A stretch of DNA of 64,000 nt from Eledone cirrhosa. Taxonomy: Eukaryota. The notes under the pieces are model-generated. The model searched no databases. It had not been told where the DNA came from and saw nothing but the letters and a program-made list of their open reading frames with translations. Location: NCBI GenBank assembly GCA_964016885.1, contig OZ024743.1, positions 161,882,001 to 161,946,000 on the forward strand, given 5' to 3'. Within the stretch, counting starts at the first letter, position 1. Every line of letters begins with the position of its first letter. The translations under genes were made by a program, and so were the position numbers. Shown here piece by piece: positions 63,835 to 64,000 of this stretch.

Positions 63835-64000
63835 TCTAATGATTTTTGAGGCAACCCAGCACACTTGCAGCGTTGCCTCGGGTGATGCAGAGGCTGATGC
63901 ACTGAAACAGCCAAGTGCCCTCGCCAGATTCGCCAGTTACCTCTTTTAGGCGAGCCACCAGTGAAGAGATGAACCCCAAACGTCTCGAAAGCCACAGGCT
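63835..64000 (-). mobile_element. CRE-like retrotransposon RLE C-terminus
   Basis: PVAFETFG...LKEVTGESGEGTWLFQCISLCITRGNAASVLG. Confidence 0.75.

Overview
AT-rich animal (eukaryotic) genomic DNA, most likely an octopus-like cephalopod; this is inferred from the huge (TA)n arrays and the RTE LINE/SINE content. It is not prokaryotic and has no CRISPR array. The one host gene I can support is the 5' part of a very-long-chain acyl-CoA dehydrogenase (ACADVL-like) on the + strand: four small spliced exons at 44080-44150, 45288-45348, 55984-56056 and 63127-63191, none called correctly by the ORF track. The rest is nested transposable elements: many RTE LINEs whose RT carries an inserted C4HC3 PHD-type finger, Penelope-like elements (PLEs), CR1 and CRE fragments, Gypsy remnants, a young non-autonomous LTR element inside a DD37D transposon, a composite Helitron, hAT/Merlin/piggyBac/Tc1 derivatives, two SINE families and a 40-bp minisatellite. 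The main hidden signal is eight apparently unrelated loci between 2.9 and 35.8 kb, seven of them with inverted repeats, each containing a minimal type-I hammerhead ribozyme motif. Two carry a compensatory U3-A8 core (UUGAUAA) and a palindromic stem III, which suggests dimer-dependent cleavage. All calls were made by eye and coordinates may be off by a few bases.
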